A DNA stretch of 63,898 nt, counting the filler, from Blastocystis sp. subtype 4 (lineage: Eukaryota): the NCBI RefSeq assembly GCF_000743755.1. It is 3 parts of 3 records of this genome, joined end to end, with 100 filler letters (N's around TTAATTAATTAA, not from the genome) between each part and the next. Parts side by side here need not be neighbours in the genome. Positions count along the whole stretch, not along the records: positions 24,427 to 44,942 come from NW_014569343.1; 2 more parts are not named here. One strand, written 5' to 3'. This document shows, piece after piece, positions 25,709-37,446 of this stretch. The position numbers and the translations under genes were made by a program. Each line of letters opens with the position of its first letter. Position 1 is the stretch's first letter. Below the pieces are notes generated by a model. It did no database searches and was not told the origin of the DNA. It worked only from the letters and a program-made list of their open reading frames with translations.

Positions 25709-26864
25709 ATGTTTTCGTATTCGCAACCGGAAAGGAGCGATATAGATAAATAGCAATGGAGAGGTTAAAAACCGCTAAATAAAAAGCAAAAGTGAAGTAA
25801 AGGATTCATCAGAGATAGAAATAAAGGATATTTAAGATGAACATCGAAAATGACAGACGAGAGAAGCGAAGTCATGACAAGGGAAGCAGAAGAGGTGAAT
25901 GACTTGACAACAGACGATAGGAACTTCAGAATCCCCACAGTGATCAAGCCCATCATAACAGTACTAAATGAAGATTCACCCAATAGACATACTTAACAAT
26001 TGTAAGCAATGCATAACCATTGAATGTCGATAATGTCATGAAATATGGAAATTGCCTTCCATTCTCCGCAATCAAACAAATATAATTAAATATCGCTCCC
26101 CAACTATTTATCAATCCAGTTCACTAATGAAACAAGTTTAGCCACATGTTCTGTTGGAAAATGGATACATTCGTCTTTCCTTTCATCAATTTTTCAATAA
26201 TCACTCCTGCACAACCAGCTAAACCAGATGACAATACTGTAAGAAATGCAGGAAGAAAGGGAATCACGAGAATATTGGTTCCAGATTTAGCAATTTGAAT
26301 AGAAGCAACACTGGATGTCAACAGAAATAGAGAAGCCCATTGAATTCCACTCAATCTGAAGATGAAATACATCAACCAAGATTACTGTCGTTTCAGAATA
26401 AAGACATTTGCCAAACCTACGATCACAATTTCTAAGGACCCGAACACCTAGTGATGAATAAAGGAAGAAAACGATCACCTGTTGCGTGATTGGACTGTCA
26501 GAAATATTGATAACGACAAAGTAGAGATTATTAGCGATTGTATAGAGACATGCTGGAATGGCCCACAAAAAAATGTCTCTTAGTGAGTACTGATACCGAG
26601 TTGCCTTCCCTGTTGCTAATTGGATTTGAAAGGCAACAAATGAAACAGCAAGCTTCAAAGACTACGAATAATACAGATACCATAAGAATTTACCTCTGTG
26701 AGTAGAGAGGACATAAAAACAGAGAAGTCATATCCCGAACTCGATGATTTGGATAACTATTTATTAATATAACACATAACCAGTACTGCAGTGAAAATTC
26801 CTTGAAATGAATGTACAGAGATGGAAGCCAGTAGCAGGAGAGTCTTCAAGACGTACTCAATCAT
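25709..26864 (-). CDS. Nucleotide-sugar transporter, SLC35A family
   Basis: AIPACLYTIANNL, LSGIQWASL, SGLAGCAGVIIEKLMK, ILKFLSSVVKSF, IYLY; multiple TM segments; contains an AT-AC intron. Confidence 0.85.
25792..25831 (-). other. U12-type AT-AC intron (40 nt)
   Basis: ATATCCTTT...TCCTTTAC.TTCAC; removal restores the frame FDVHLNFAFYLAVFNLSIAIYLY. Confidence 0.85.
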
Positions 26865-26929
26865 TTTAACGATCCTGCTGTTCTAGAAATACAGAGTCCA
26901 ATGTTTACAAGGAAAACCTCGATAAAACA

Positions 26930-27909
26930 ATGAACAGTATTCGTTTCATGAATCCATCTACGCTCCGATTTGCATCAACATTGGTTCGAAGGTTCTCAGC
27001 GAAGGCTGCAACTCCCACTAGATACAATGTGATGACCATTCCTTGTTTAAAGGATAGTTTTAGTAGGAAATCGGATTTTAAATTACCTGAAGGTTATCTT
27101 TTGTCTACTACGGAAAAGAAGAATTGCTTGGTTATCGATCCATCGAATCCCAAGTATATTGAGGATGCTGTATCAATTACGGGGTCTAACTTGAAAGGTA
27201 TTCTTGTTACTCACCATCATAGGTTCCAATGGAGAGGGGAGATAATGCGTAGAAGGCACGTAGTGGGGCTGGGGGAAGTGTTGAATAATCACCAAGACTG
27301 TCCTGTATATGCCGGTGAATTTCCAGATGTATTTCGTTCATTTCTTGGTTTAGGGAATAGAGCAATCCCAAAGTGGAAAAAACGCTTCATGATGGCGATT
27401 CAGTCACTTTAGATGATATCGAATTCAAGGTTGTTGCTGCTCCTTTTCATTCGCCTGATAGTCTCATTTTCGAGTTTAAAGAAGAGAACGGATATCCCTT
27501 CCTTTTTACAGGTGATACTGTTTGTTTAGGAGGGATTGGATACTGTCCTGAAGATCAAGTGGATTCTCTGTATTCTTTAATCTATGATCGTCTTTTGAAT
27601 TATCCAGACGAGACGTGTATTTTCCATGGTCATGAAAACGGAGAGCAGATGCTCCAATTTGCCTTAACAATTGAGCCAAACAATCATACGGCGAAAGATC
27701 TAAGGTGGGGATTGCGTAGAACCCTGCTGAAGGCACGGAACAAGCCTGGAACTCCAACGTGTATTCATGATGAAAAGATGGTGAATCCATTCTTTCGTTG
27801 TAATGAGGCCAGTGTGAAGGAAGCAACTGGAGAACAAGACCCAAAACGAGTCTTTGCAGAACTGGTGAGACGACGAAATGCTTATTTTTCGAAGAGATGG
27901 ATGAAATAG
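26930..27909 (+). CDS. Glyoxalase II (hydroxyacylglutathione hydrolase)-like metallo-beta-lactamase protein with a mitochondrial-type presequence
   Basis: IDPS, LVTHHH, LFTGDT, HGHE, DEKMVNPFFRC, FAELVRRRN; N-terminus MNSIRFMNPSTLRFASTLVRRFS. Confidence 0.8.
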
Positions 27910-27981
27910 AATGTTTGTTTCAGAAACTGTATGTCATTCTTTGTTTTCATTCTTGGATTCTTTGTTCTTTTCACTGTATTT

Positions 27982-28660
27982 ATGAATGACGATAAGGAAA
28001 CAACTGTTGGATTCATTTTAACAACTTAGTTGTAGGTCATTAGCAATCCGTTGCTAAAAGAGGATCGAGTTGATGAATGTCATATGAGCAAGGTACTGGA
28101 TACTGAGGGTTAGTCTCTTTTCCTCTTGTCAAATACAGATAAACAACAATTGGGTCGAACACCGAGTTCGGAACTTCTTTCCAACATAAAATCACTTCAT
28201 GTAACAAATGCATTAGTTTCTGCAGGCAAACGATACAAAGTTGCTTATCGAAAAGTGGCCAAACTAGGTATTAAGTAATTCTTCTGGAATTCTTTTAGTT
28301 GTAGGTCACGAATGGTTGAATGTCCTTATTGTCATGAAGTGGGTTATACAATTGTTCGTCGTAGTTATACTAGTTGGATGTACGGAATGGTGAGGTGGAG
28401 TTGACAGTAGTCTTCCTTTTGTAATATGTGTTATTGGAATCTCGATCCTTGTTTTTGTTCTTCTGGATTTGAATAAGTATTTTATCGTATACTATGGAAT
28501 TGGAGCGGTGATCGTTGTTGCTGTTATGAATATTCTCTCCCATGTCTTTTCAGGTCAAAAGTAACAATGGATTAATGGGATTATAAGTAGTCGGCATTTC
28601 TGTTCAAAATGTAATAATTTTATTGGTATTGAGAATGAACTAGTTCTTTTATACATCGCT
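27982..28660 (+). CDS. LITAF-domain membrane protein; absent from the ORF track; 3' end approximate
   Basis: MVECPYCHEVGYT, a hydrophobic stretch, then RHFCSKCNNFIG. Confidence 0.7.
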
Positions 28661-28689
28661 TTGTTCCAACAAATGCGTAAGTAATCACA

Positions 28690-29442
28690 AATAACATTAT
28701 TCTGCGAATGCGAAAAAGGAACATGTCTTTGAAATCTCGTTTCCAGTTCCAGGAGATTGCATCGTTACGATAACATCGACAGAACACTATTCTTATGCCC
28801 ATCATTTTCAACATACCTTAGCTTCTCCAATTACACATATATCAATAACATGAGATTCATCCTGTTGCAACTCAAAAGATTTGGATGTTACACTCTGAGA
28901 TCTATATTTCAGTTATAATTTCGCATTTCAACGGTTCTGAATCTGATATCTGAAAGAGAGGATGCTCAGAATTGGTGCTACTCGATTCAAAATGAAGAGA
29001 AACATCTTGAAGAGGAAGTCTCGATGCATTATGAACGCAAACTTTGAAGCAACAAGAGGTACTACTAGTAGACTCAAGGGATGGAGCTACAATAAAAACC
29101 CAACAAGATACCATTCCTACTCACTTCAATGTGCTTAAGAATGTACGACTCCATCACAGAGTTCATTTTAGCGACAGTATGCATTTGTTCTTCTAATTTG
29201 GTTTGCAAAGTCATACACATTTGATTTAGGTTATCCGTCATCATGTCAAGACTCTTGTGCAGCTCCGAAATGGAACCATTACTACGAATTATGTGATTGT
29301 AGAGAAAGTGGACAATGGTGGCACTAATGTTCAAAATAACCATACTAAATGTACAGTGAGGATCGAAACTCTCTTCAGGTGATTTCTTGTCGTTATCCAT
29401 AAGGTGATTGTGATCAGAACCACAATTGAGTGATGATGCCAT
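28690..29442 (-). CDS. Hypothetical protein, multi-exon
   Basis: Linked minus-strand ORFs 29074-29463 and 28902-29114 with short introns. Confidence 0.4.
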
Positions 29443-29724
29443 GAAGAAAGTGGAATCAATCAATAGGAAAGAAATGATAATTGAAGAGTCTTAGAAGAAT
29501 AGTTATTCACTGCAGAATCTGATGTAAATTGCTAATTCTCCCTCATTATCATAGAATCAGGTAGAAATTGAGTCTGTGTCTAGAAATAGAGGTTCCATCC
29601 ATACTAAAGAAGGGGTACCGTCCACGAAGAGTTTGGGTTCTCGAATCAAATTCTGCTTATTGATTGGTCAATGCCTTTCCTATTTCCAGACCATTCTTTT
29701 TCCAATTGCTTATTGACAAACTAA

Positions 29725-30906
29725 ATGCTGAAGGAATCGGACTTTGTTCGTCGTGTATTCCAATTTTGGATCCTTTCTTATGGACTAGAGTGTAATTGCA
29801 ATTTCACTGTCACTTTTTGCTGGTCTGGCTACTGCTTTCGGAGGATGCATTGTATACTTTAAAAGGCTAGTGAAATTGGCCAATAAGACGTTCCTTTCTG
29901 CTGCACTTGGATTCTCTGCAGGTACTTCATAGACCATCATGTAATCATTTAGGTGTAATGCTTTTCTTATCCTTCGCTGAGATCTTCATTGAGTCTAAGG
30001 AACACTTCTCTGCAACAACAACCAATGAACATTTAGCGTTCCTATCATCTTATTTGATTTATCCATAGAATGCTTTATGCTTGTCTTAGTTTATTCTCAG
30101 GAATTGGCATGGCCTTTCTCCTCGAAGCCGTTCTTCATCGCGGCAGCAATGTTGAGTTTGAGATTCCAGAGGGAGATGAGAATCATATCAACAATCATGT
30201 GCATGGTGGTCACGAGCTTCGCAAAGTCCAAGGAGTGAAGACTTCAAATCGAAAAAAGGAACGTCGCAACACTGAGGGAGAGATCTTTCGTAATCCCATT
30301 GTCATGGACTCATCCAAACGTCTTATTGGAAATGATTCTCCTCATGAATCATTATATGTCGAGATTCCGAAGAGTGGTTACGAAATCGAGACGATTTCTG
30401 GTAATACGCGTGACTTGTCAAAGACTGATTTCTACATTGACAGCAATGTGCAGAATCAGCTAAAAGCTGTGGGTGTAATGTCCGCAGTTGCTATCACTTT
30501 ACACAACATCCCCGAAGGTATTGTAACCTACATCGGCTATATTGACAATCCTATTGTGGGTATATCCCTTGCTATCGGTATTGCTACTCATAATATTCCA
30601 GAAGGACTCTCTGTTGCTCTTCCTGTGTATTATGCAACCAAATCCCGCCATCAAGCTTTTCTATGGTCTTTACTTTCGGGATTGGCAGAACCGTTGGGAG
30701 CACTCCTGTGTATGCTAGTTTTGCAGCGTTTTATTAATGATGCTGTGTTTGGCTTTTTGTTTGGGTTTACAGGAGGAATTATGACTCATATTTGCGTATT
30801 TGAGTTGATTCCTACTGGCATTCAACTAGATTGTGAGAAGAATTATACAACAATCGCTTTTATTGTTGGTATGGGGTTCATTATGATATCATTGATTCTA
30901 TTATAG
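29725..30906 (+). CDS. ZIP-family metal transporter, ZupT/GufA-like
   Basis: AGLATAFGG, ALGFSAG, AITLHNIPEG, IATHNIPEGLSVALP, SGLAEPLGA. Confidence 0.9.
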
Positions 30907-30939
30907 TGTTTTGTGTTTGTTTTACCTCTTTCTGTATGT

Positions 30940-31995
30940 ATGAAACTCCCATCAGATCATAGCAATCTTTATTCTATGGTGGTCACCTCTCCAATTCCAT
31001 CACAAGATGTCATAAAGTACCCGTATCGGGGTATTTGGTATTGGATTAGTGTGTGGCTGGTGATTCTCTCATTAAACATCCTTTCTTATTGTCTTTATCG
31101 CTTTGTAGCCCTATATCTGAAATGGAGGAGAGATGAAAAGTCAATTCTACAGATGTTTCAGGAATTGGTGGAATTGACAATCCTCACATGTCTATATATG
31201 CTTGCAGGTAATTACTTTGCAATGTTTGATTGTCGTCCGGACCGAATTGTGTTGGAATATGTCATTCCGTTTCTCATCGCTCTATTCCTAATTGGATTCT
31301 GTTGTGAAGTTTCGTATATGCGAGTGAGACTTGTGGATATAAGAAATTGGGAGCTGAAGACATGGATCGTCTTTGTATTCATTCTCGCTGTAACAGTCAC
31401 TTTAATCGTTACAACCTTCCATTTTTGTAGTAGCAAGGAATACTACTTTGTTTATGTCGTTCCTTGTCTCGTCTACTTTGCTGCTGGTTTCATTCTCTCC
31501 CTATGTCGTCTTCATCCTCGTCTTCGTTTCCATCCTCGTTCGTATCAAGTGATATTTGCTCTCTGTCTTCTTCGAAAGGATAATAACTTCTACAGTCGAG
31601 TTTTTGCCGGAATTTGTTCTGGTGCATTTGTACGTTCTGTTGCAGCCAATCCATTGCTTTCACTTCTCGAACCGCTTGATACAGAATCTGTTCGGATGAC
31701 GGCTTCGCGTCAGACATTAACAGATTCACTCATTCCTGCAGAGGTGCCCGTTTCAATCCCAGAGGTTTCTCCTGATATTGATGACGGAATGTTGAACCGG
31801 TCAACTGTGAATGAAGAAGATGAGAATCGATTGTTAGAAACGATTGAGAAGTACAATCAAGAGAATCAGTTAGATCGGAATCAGCAGATCTTAGAATTGG
31901 ACGAACGGGATGACTATCTTTACAGCAGTCGGGCGAGTGATTATGCGGATTGGAATGAAAAGCAGAAGCAAGAATTGTTGGGGGATCCGAAATGA
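30940..31995 (+). CDS. Multi-pass membrane protein of unknown function
   Basis: Intronless ~350-aa ORF with 5-6 hydrophobic segments and an acidic tail; TGTTTGTT downstream. Confidence 0.6.
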   Translation: MKLPSDHSNLYSMVVTSPIPSQDVIKYPYRGIWYWISVWLVILSLNILSYCLYRFVALYLKWRRDEKSILQMFQELVELTILTCLYMLAGNYFAMFDCRPDRIVLEYVIPFLIALFLIGFCCEVSYMRVRLVDIRNWELKTWIVFVFILAVTVTLIVTTFHFCSSKEYYFVYVVPCLVYFAAGFILSLCRLHPRLRFHPRSYQVIFALCLLRKDNNFYSRVFAGICSGAFVRSVAANPLLSLLEPLDTESVRMTASRQTLTDSLIPAEVPVSIPEVSPDIDDGMLNRSTVNEEDENRLLETIEKYNQENQLDRNQQILELDERDDYLYSSRASDYADWNEKQKQELLGDPK

Positions 31996-32009
31996 TTATT
32001 TGTACTCTA

Positions 32010-32800
32010 TTGTGTTTGTTACAAACAAGGCACAAGGAAAAGTCTTTCGGGAGTGTTGCTGTCATCCTTTTGTAAGTATCCACTGGAGGAGACAAGGATG
32101 AGTGCGTTGTCGAATGAGCTGAAGAGGATGCTGAATGAGTTGTTGTAGAAGGGGAGGGCACAGGTTGAGTAGAAGATGGTACAGGATTTGAAGCAATACG
32201 ATTCTCCATTTCTGTTGAGGCTTGTTGAAGATAGTTACGTATCGAAACGAGATGTTGTTGACTCACAAATGGAGAACAAATGGCAACTGTATAATAAAGA
32301 GCAGTATTCGAAAGACTAAAGGTGAAATGGAGATTGAAACTATACGAAAGAATGTGAGGCGCTACATGACAATCGAATGAACTAAATAAAGGTTCTGAAA
32401 TCTTTGTGTGAAGGTATGACGGATTCTAAGAATGAACGAATCAATTCATTCGAACAGAATAAGAAATGATCGTTACAAATAAGAGCAATAGGATCTTTAG
32501 TTCATAATACAAGGGAAGCCTACATGAAATGAACACCAAACAATTACCAGGAAACAAATGGTTCAATTGTTGATTCCAAAAGTGTTAGCAACCCTAGAAA
32601 AACACTAGAAATGAAGAATGTAGGATGTAACTACAAGTACGATAACAAATTTTGCCGATTTATGGATATCTGACCATGGAGACTCTCGTGAAATGACTTA
32701 TAAGCATAGAACGCAGCAACAGTAGTTGCGAAGGATCTAACAAGATAAGGAACCACTCCAAGAATCACTTTAAGCACGAATACAGAATATAGGATGACAT
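32010..32800 (-). CDS. REEP/DP1/HVA22-family protein; 3' end approximate
   Basis: Spliced AFYAYKSF...LLTLLESTIEPFVSWLPLYYELKILLLLF. Confidence 0.65.
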
Positions 32801-32864
32801 TAATGATTAATGATTCTTTGGAAGAAGGTTACAGTTGGTGTTATGGTATGACTGTAGAGTCAAA

Positions 32865-33987
32865 ATGCAGATCAAAGGACTTTGGGGATCTGTAGTTGTG
32901 TGGATTCTATTTCTGTGTCTCAAACAACTAACTATTAAGGAGGATTGTTGGCATTATCGACAGGGAATCACTTGCAATGGATGGTATTCTTGGTTTCTAT
33001 CCGATGAAGCAAGAGAGTGTTCTCAAGGATCTTTATCTATTTCTTCATCCCCAAACTACTGGAGCTATGGTCCAAAGGACTTTTTGAACTATATGAATAG
33101 TCTCTACATTCCCATTCACACTGGTCTTATTCCCATTGTTTATGGAAAAATGGGAACAACAGGATTAGCTGGACAAATGAAGGGTGTATGTGATTGTCTG
33201 TTACTGGCCTTAGTCCAAAACAAATCAATTCAAAGTAGGTTATTAGTTCTAGTATTGATGTTAGTGATAGCCCCTGCAATATCGCCTCGATTCTTTGATA
33301 CAACGCTTTCTACGATTCGTTTTGTATCCAATTTAACTCCTTTAGTTGAACTATATCATATTCAGCAACGTATCCCTTGTGTTGATTGGAAATGTGATTG
33401 GCAGAAAGAGTTTGGTAATGCCACTGTACTTATTCGTTCACGTAATATCTTTGCGCACAAACTGCAGAAGCTGTATTCATTAGATGGAATTGGTTTGAAA
33501 GGAATTCGAGATTGGTATGATGTGTGTATTCCGAATCTATTTATCCCTTCTACATATCTGAACAAGTTAGTCTCTCATTATGAATCAGTCTTTGAACATC
33601 ATCACGTAATTGGTGTTCATGTTCGTATGGCGGGTTCAGCAGTCAAATGGAAAGATCGTAAGGAATACTTATCGTTAAAAGATGTTGATTCAATGATTCA
33701 TTTTGTTCAATGGAGGTTGAAAAGAACGAATCTCGTATTTCTGGCTACAGATACAGAAATTGTGGTTAATCGATTCCAAAATGTCTTTTCAAATCAAATT
33801 CTTGTCGTAGAGGGTTACTCGATTGAACATGTTGGAATGAACCAGACTGAGATTGGGTTGGAAAAAACTTCTTTGGATTTATTACTACTGTCTCGTTGCG
33901 ATGAATTGGTTTTAACTCGGCAGAGTCACTTTAGTCTTCTAGCGAAACATTTTTCCAAACGAAATGTTCCTGTTCATTTCTTCCCTT
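32865..33987 (+). CDS. Fucosyltransferase-like glycosyltransferase (GT-B, NodZ/FUT8/O-FucT superfamily)
   Basis: Type II anchor; GLAGQM, IGVHVRM, VFLATD, DLLLLSRCD...SHFS motifs; predicted poly(A)-made stop after ..HFFP. Confidence 0.7.
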
Positions 33988-34042
33988 CTTTTGTTTGTTA
34001 TTTTCTCAAAACAACTCATTCTTTATTCGAATCAAACTATGT

Positions 34043-36025
34043 TATGATAACCGTGGTTCTGAATAATTGTATTCTGATGAAGAGAAAAAGGTACACAAGC
34101 CATGAAATCTTTCGTAGTCGCAAGTATTTTTCTTATGACTTTGGTGTCTACAAAGAAACGTATTATCTCTTGATTTGAAGTGATGGAAATAGTTGAGGCA
34201 TCCGTTCATTTGGTGGATGGAAAATGGGAATTTGTGGATTATATTGATAAGTCTTTTGTTGCTTTTGGGTTTTTGAATCGTGCAATTAATGTGACTGGTA
34301 CTTGATTCAATAAGGGTTGTGAGCCAAATAGGTTGGAATATCTTGCGCGTTGAAACAAACTCGGATTATTCGAATGAAGACCAATCGTATGGTGCTGGTC
34401 TTTTGGAAGGATATTTGACCGAGAATGAAATTTGGATTCATTCACAGAACATTTACGGTGAGAAGAAACCATCCAAATTCGTAGGAATTGATTTCACTTC
34501 TCACAGTCAGATCCAGAGTATTCTTGATGAGAATATGGAGTGGGAGAAGGAGGAATCCAAAAGAGGAGATGAAAAGTATTGGCGTCACCGCAAGTATCTC
34601 GATCTTCAAGTAGATGGTGTCTATGATGGTTACATGTATGCTAATCGTTTCAAACCGGAACGTGTATAAGACTGAGAATCGTCTTACTCGTAGGCATTGA
34701 CAAAATGGCAGATTCAGTATGCTAATTATGATGGTGATGTTGGTGACTGGAACAGTCTTCCTCATAATGATACTAATTGGGAGATTGATCGATTGGACCA
34801 TTGTTCGGCATTGATTCGGTTAACAGGTAGGAGAATGATTATGAATTGATTGGAAGAGGATAAATCAGATATTCTGATTGGGCAATCTACTTGGAGTGCT
34901 CTTCATACTATGTTCAAAATCTATAAGATTTATGACATTCCATTAAAAGAAGGTTCTTCAATAATTCCAGGTCATTTACAAGGATTCAGTTCATATCCGG
35001 CTCGTATCAGTAGTGGTGATGATTACTATACAATTGGTAACCACGTGGTTGTTCAGGAAACCACTATTGGGAATTTCAATAAGGATTTGGAGAAGTATAT
35101 GAATGGAAGAGCTGTGATGCAGTGGGCAAGAAATCTGATTGCAAATCGATTGGCTGAGTAGGTGAATGAATGAGTGTATCTGCTTGAGTGAAAACTGATT
35201 TGCTGATTGAGATTGATTGATTGACATAACTCGTTCTAACCATCCTTTCAGTTCTCCTTCATCATGGTGTCATTACTACGCTCGTTACAACAACGGTTGT
35301 TATGCTAATCAGTGGATGGTGCTAGATTACAACTATTTCATTCCTGGATATGGTTTACGTCAAGATGGACTCTGGCTTCTGGAGCAGTTACCTGGATATG
35401 TTCATATGGAAGATATATCAAAATATCTAAATTCCCGCGGATATTTCGCTTCTTACAATGTTGCATTTTTCGAGGATGTTTATGACCTTGGTGGAACGCG
35501 TAAGAAATATGAGGAATTTGGAAAGGATTATAGCTATACAGAATGTCCTCGTGCTCAAATCTTTGCTCGTGATGTGCACACTGTGACAGGACTGTCTCCA
35601 ATGAGAGCTATTCTTCGATACAATGATTTCAAGCATGATCCTTTATCAAGATGTGACGGTTATCCTGGGTATACTGGCTCATATGCAATTGGAGCAAGAA
35701 ATGATCTGAATTTGAAAAATGGAACATATCCCAGACCTGGATTAGGACTTCGGAATCATGCAGCAACAGATGGTAAAATTACTAGTTATAAGGTAAGAAG
35801 AGTTAGAAGAATATTATTCTATAGTTATTGAAGGAAACCCAGGGATCTCAGATTATTGCTGGTCCTCCTTATAAAAATGTTGGACCTTTTGAATGGGCTA
35901 CTTCTGCTTTTATGGAAGTTCCACATTGGTGTTTACCTGAGAAATATGAGTTCCCGTGGATTGAAGTACGGGGAGATGGTTCTATCCAGGGAATTGGATG
36001 GGAATATGATGATTCATATGTTTGA
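34043..36025 (+). CDS. Phospholipase B-like Ntn hydrolase (PLBD2-like)
   Basis: YGAGLLEGYLT, DHCSALIRL, FSSYPARISSGDDYY, QETT, YNNGCYANQWMVLDY, YFASYN, LRYNDFKHDPLS, ATDGK. Confidence 0.9.
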
Positions 36026-36045
36026 TAACAAAGAAAGTAACTAAA

Positions 36046-37333
36046 TCACATTTGAAGACTCAATCGTTTCATCTTCTTATCTTCACCTCCTATCCATCAG
36101 TCTTTCATCAATTTTGTACCTGTCAATAATTCATTCTCATTCTTCCAACATTCACAGAAAGCTTTGCCATGATGTACTCCTGCTACTGAATGAAGAGGGA
36201 ATGTGGATCGAATATCATATACACTGACTCCCCCTTCATAACTACAACTTATGAGAGTATTGGTATTGGTTGGGTGCCATAGTACATCACTCACCCAATC
36301 ACGTAATCCAGAAAAAGTCAAAATATTGGGCTTCTCTTCTATCTCATAAATCACATTAATTCTATCCTACGACGCGAATCCCAGAGACGAATACCGTCAG
36401 GATGACAAGAAACAATAAGATTATTGCCAGGACAGAAATCAACTTGATTCACAACTTTGTTTCCTTTCTATACATTATTGGAACTCCTCAATCTCAACCA
36501 AATCTGTCAACATTCCCTCACTCTCCAAATCCCAGATTCGGATGTGATGATCCCAACCTCCTGTGATCACATTCAAGTCCTTCCATGCTACGGCACTCAC
36601 TCCTTGCATGGTTTCACTCAAGGTGTGAACAGGTTCAACTTCAGTAACATCCGAAAACTTCGATGTGTCCCAGATCAAAATACTTCCATTCCACGCACTA
36701 CTAACCAAATAGTGTGCATCGGATGAGAATTGGCAATCGAGGACATGACTATCGTGTCCTGTTAAAGTGGCAACATGCAGAATGGACTTATTTTGAATTT
36801 GATTCACTTGGACGGTATTATCGAGAGAAGCCGTAGCAATCATCGAATTCTTACAGGCTACTGCTTTGATGGGTTTCTTATGGATTGTCTTTTCGCACAA
36901 CAGTTGGTCATTCATATCATAAACATGAACAGTACCATCATAACAACCAGCTACATATACTGTCCCATCGGATGCGATTCCACTCACCCAATCTGGCAGA
37001 TCTGAAGATGATTTCTCCTCTGGACGACTAATGATGGGGACATATTCCAGATTCACAACAGTTTCCGATGAAATACCATGCTCACTCATATACTCGCTGA
37101 GAGAAACTCGAAGCAGTTTTCCATCCACAATGAAATCAAACGGAATAGGGTTTTCCAGTCCAAGAGCTTCATTCACCAGTTTCGACAACTCATAACGTGA
37201 GAAACGGATAGGAAGAGAAATTGTATTCGTTCCCATTTGATATCGCTCGTACTTGGTGAAAAGCTTCACACTCACCTACAAGACTCATTTTGCCTCCAAA
37301 GGATTGTACAAGTGTCTCATTTTCCAAATCCAT
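36046..37333 (-). CDS. WDR12: Ribosome biogenesis protein WDR12/Ytm1 (NLE domain plus WD40)
   Basis: LSKLVN..L....PFDFIVDGKLLRVSL...SETVVNLEY, PDWVS, and WD repeats. Confidence 0.9.
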
Positions 37334-37446
37334 TTTCCGTTCCTGTTTAGGATGGTAGAGTGAGCAAAATGTACCAAGAATAACTTTTTGCATATGCGAT
37401 TTGTCCACTCTCTTTAGTCTAGAAATAAACTGTTCTGACCTGTAGA

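Noticed and set aside
29725..30906. ZupT-like transporter as a recent bacterial transfer
   Set aside because: It has introns and the subfamily occurs in other eukaryotes; cannot be claimed without a phylogeny
31730..32010. Long antisense overlap of two ORFs
   Set aside because: The minus-strand REEP-like gene probably ends near 32010-32040; the extension is run-on antisense to the membrane protein gene
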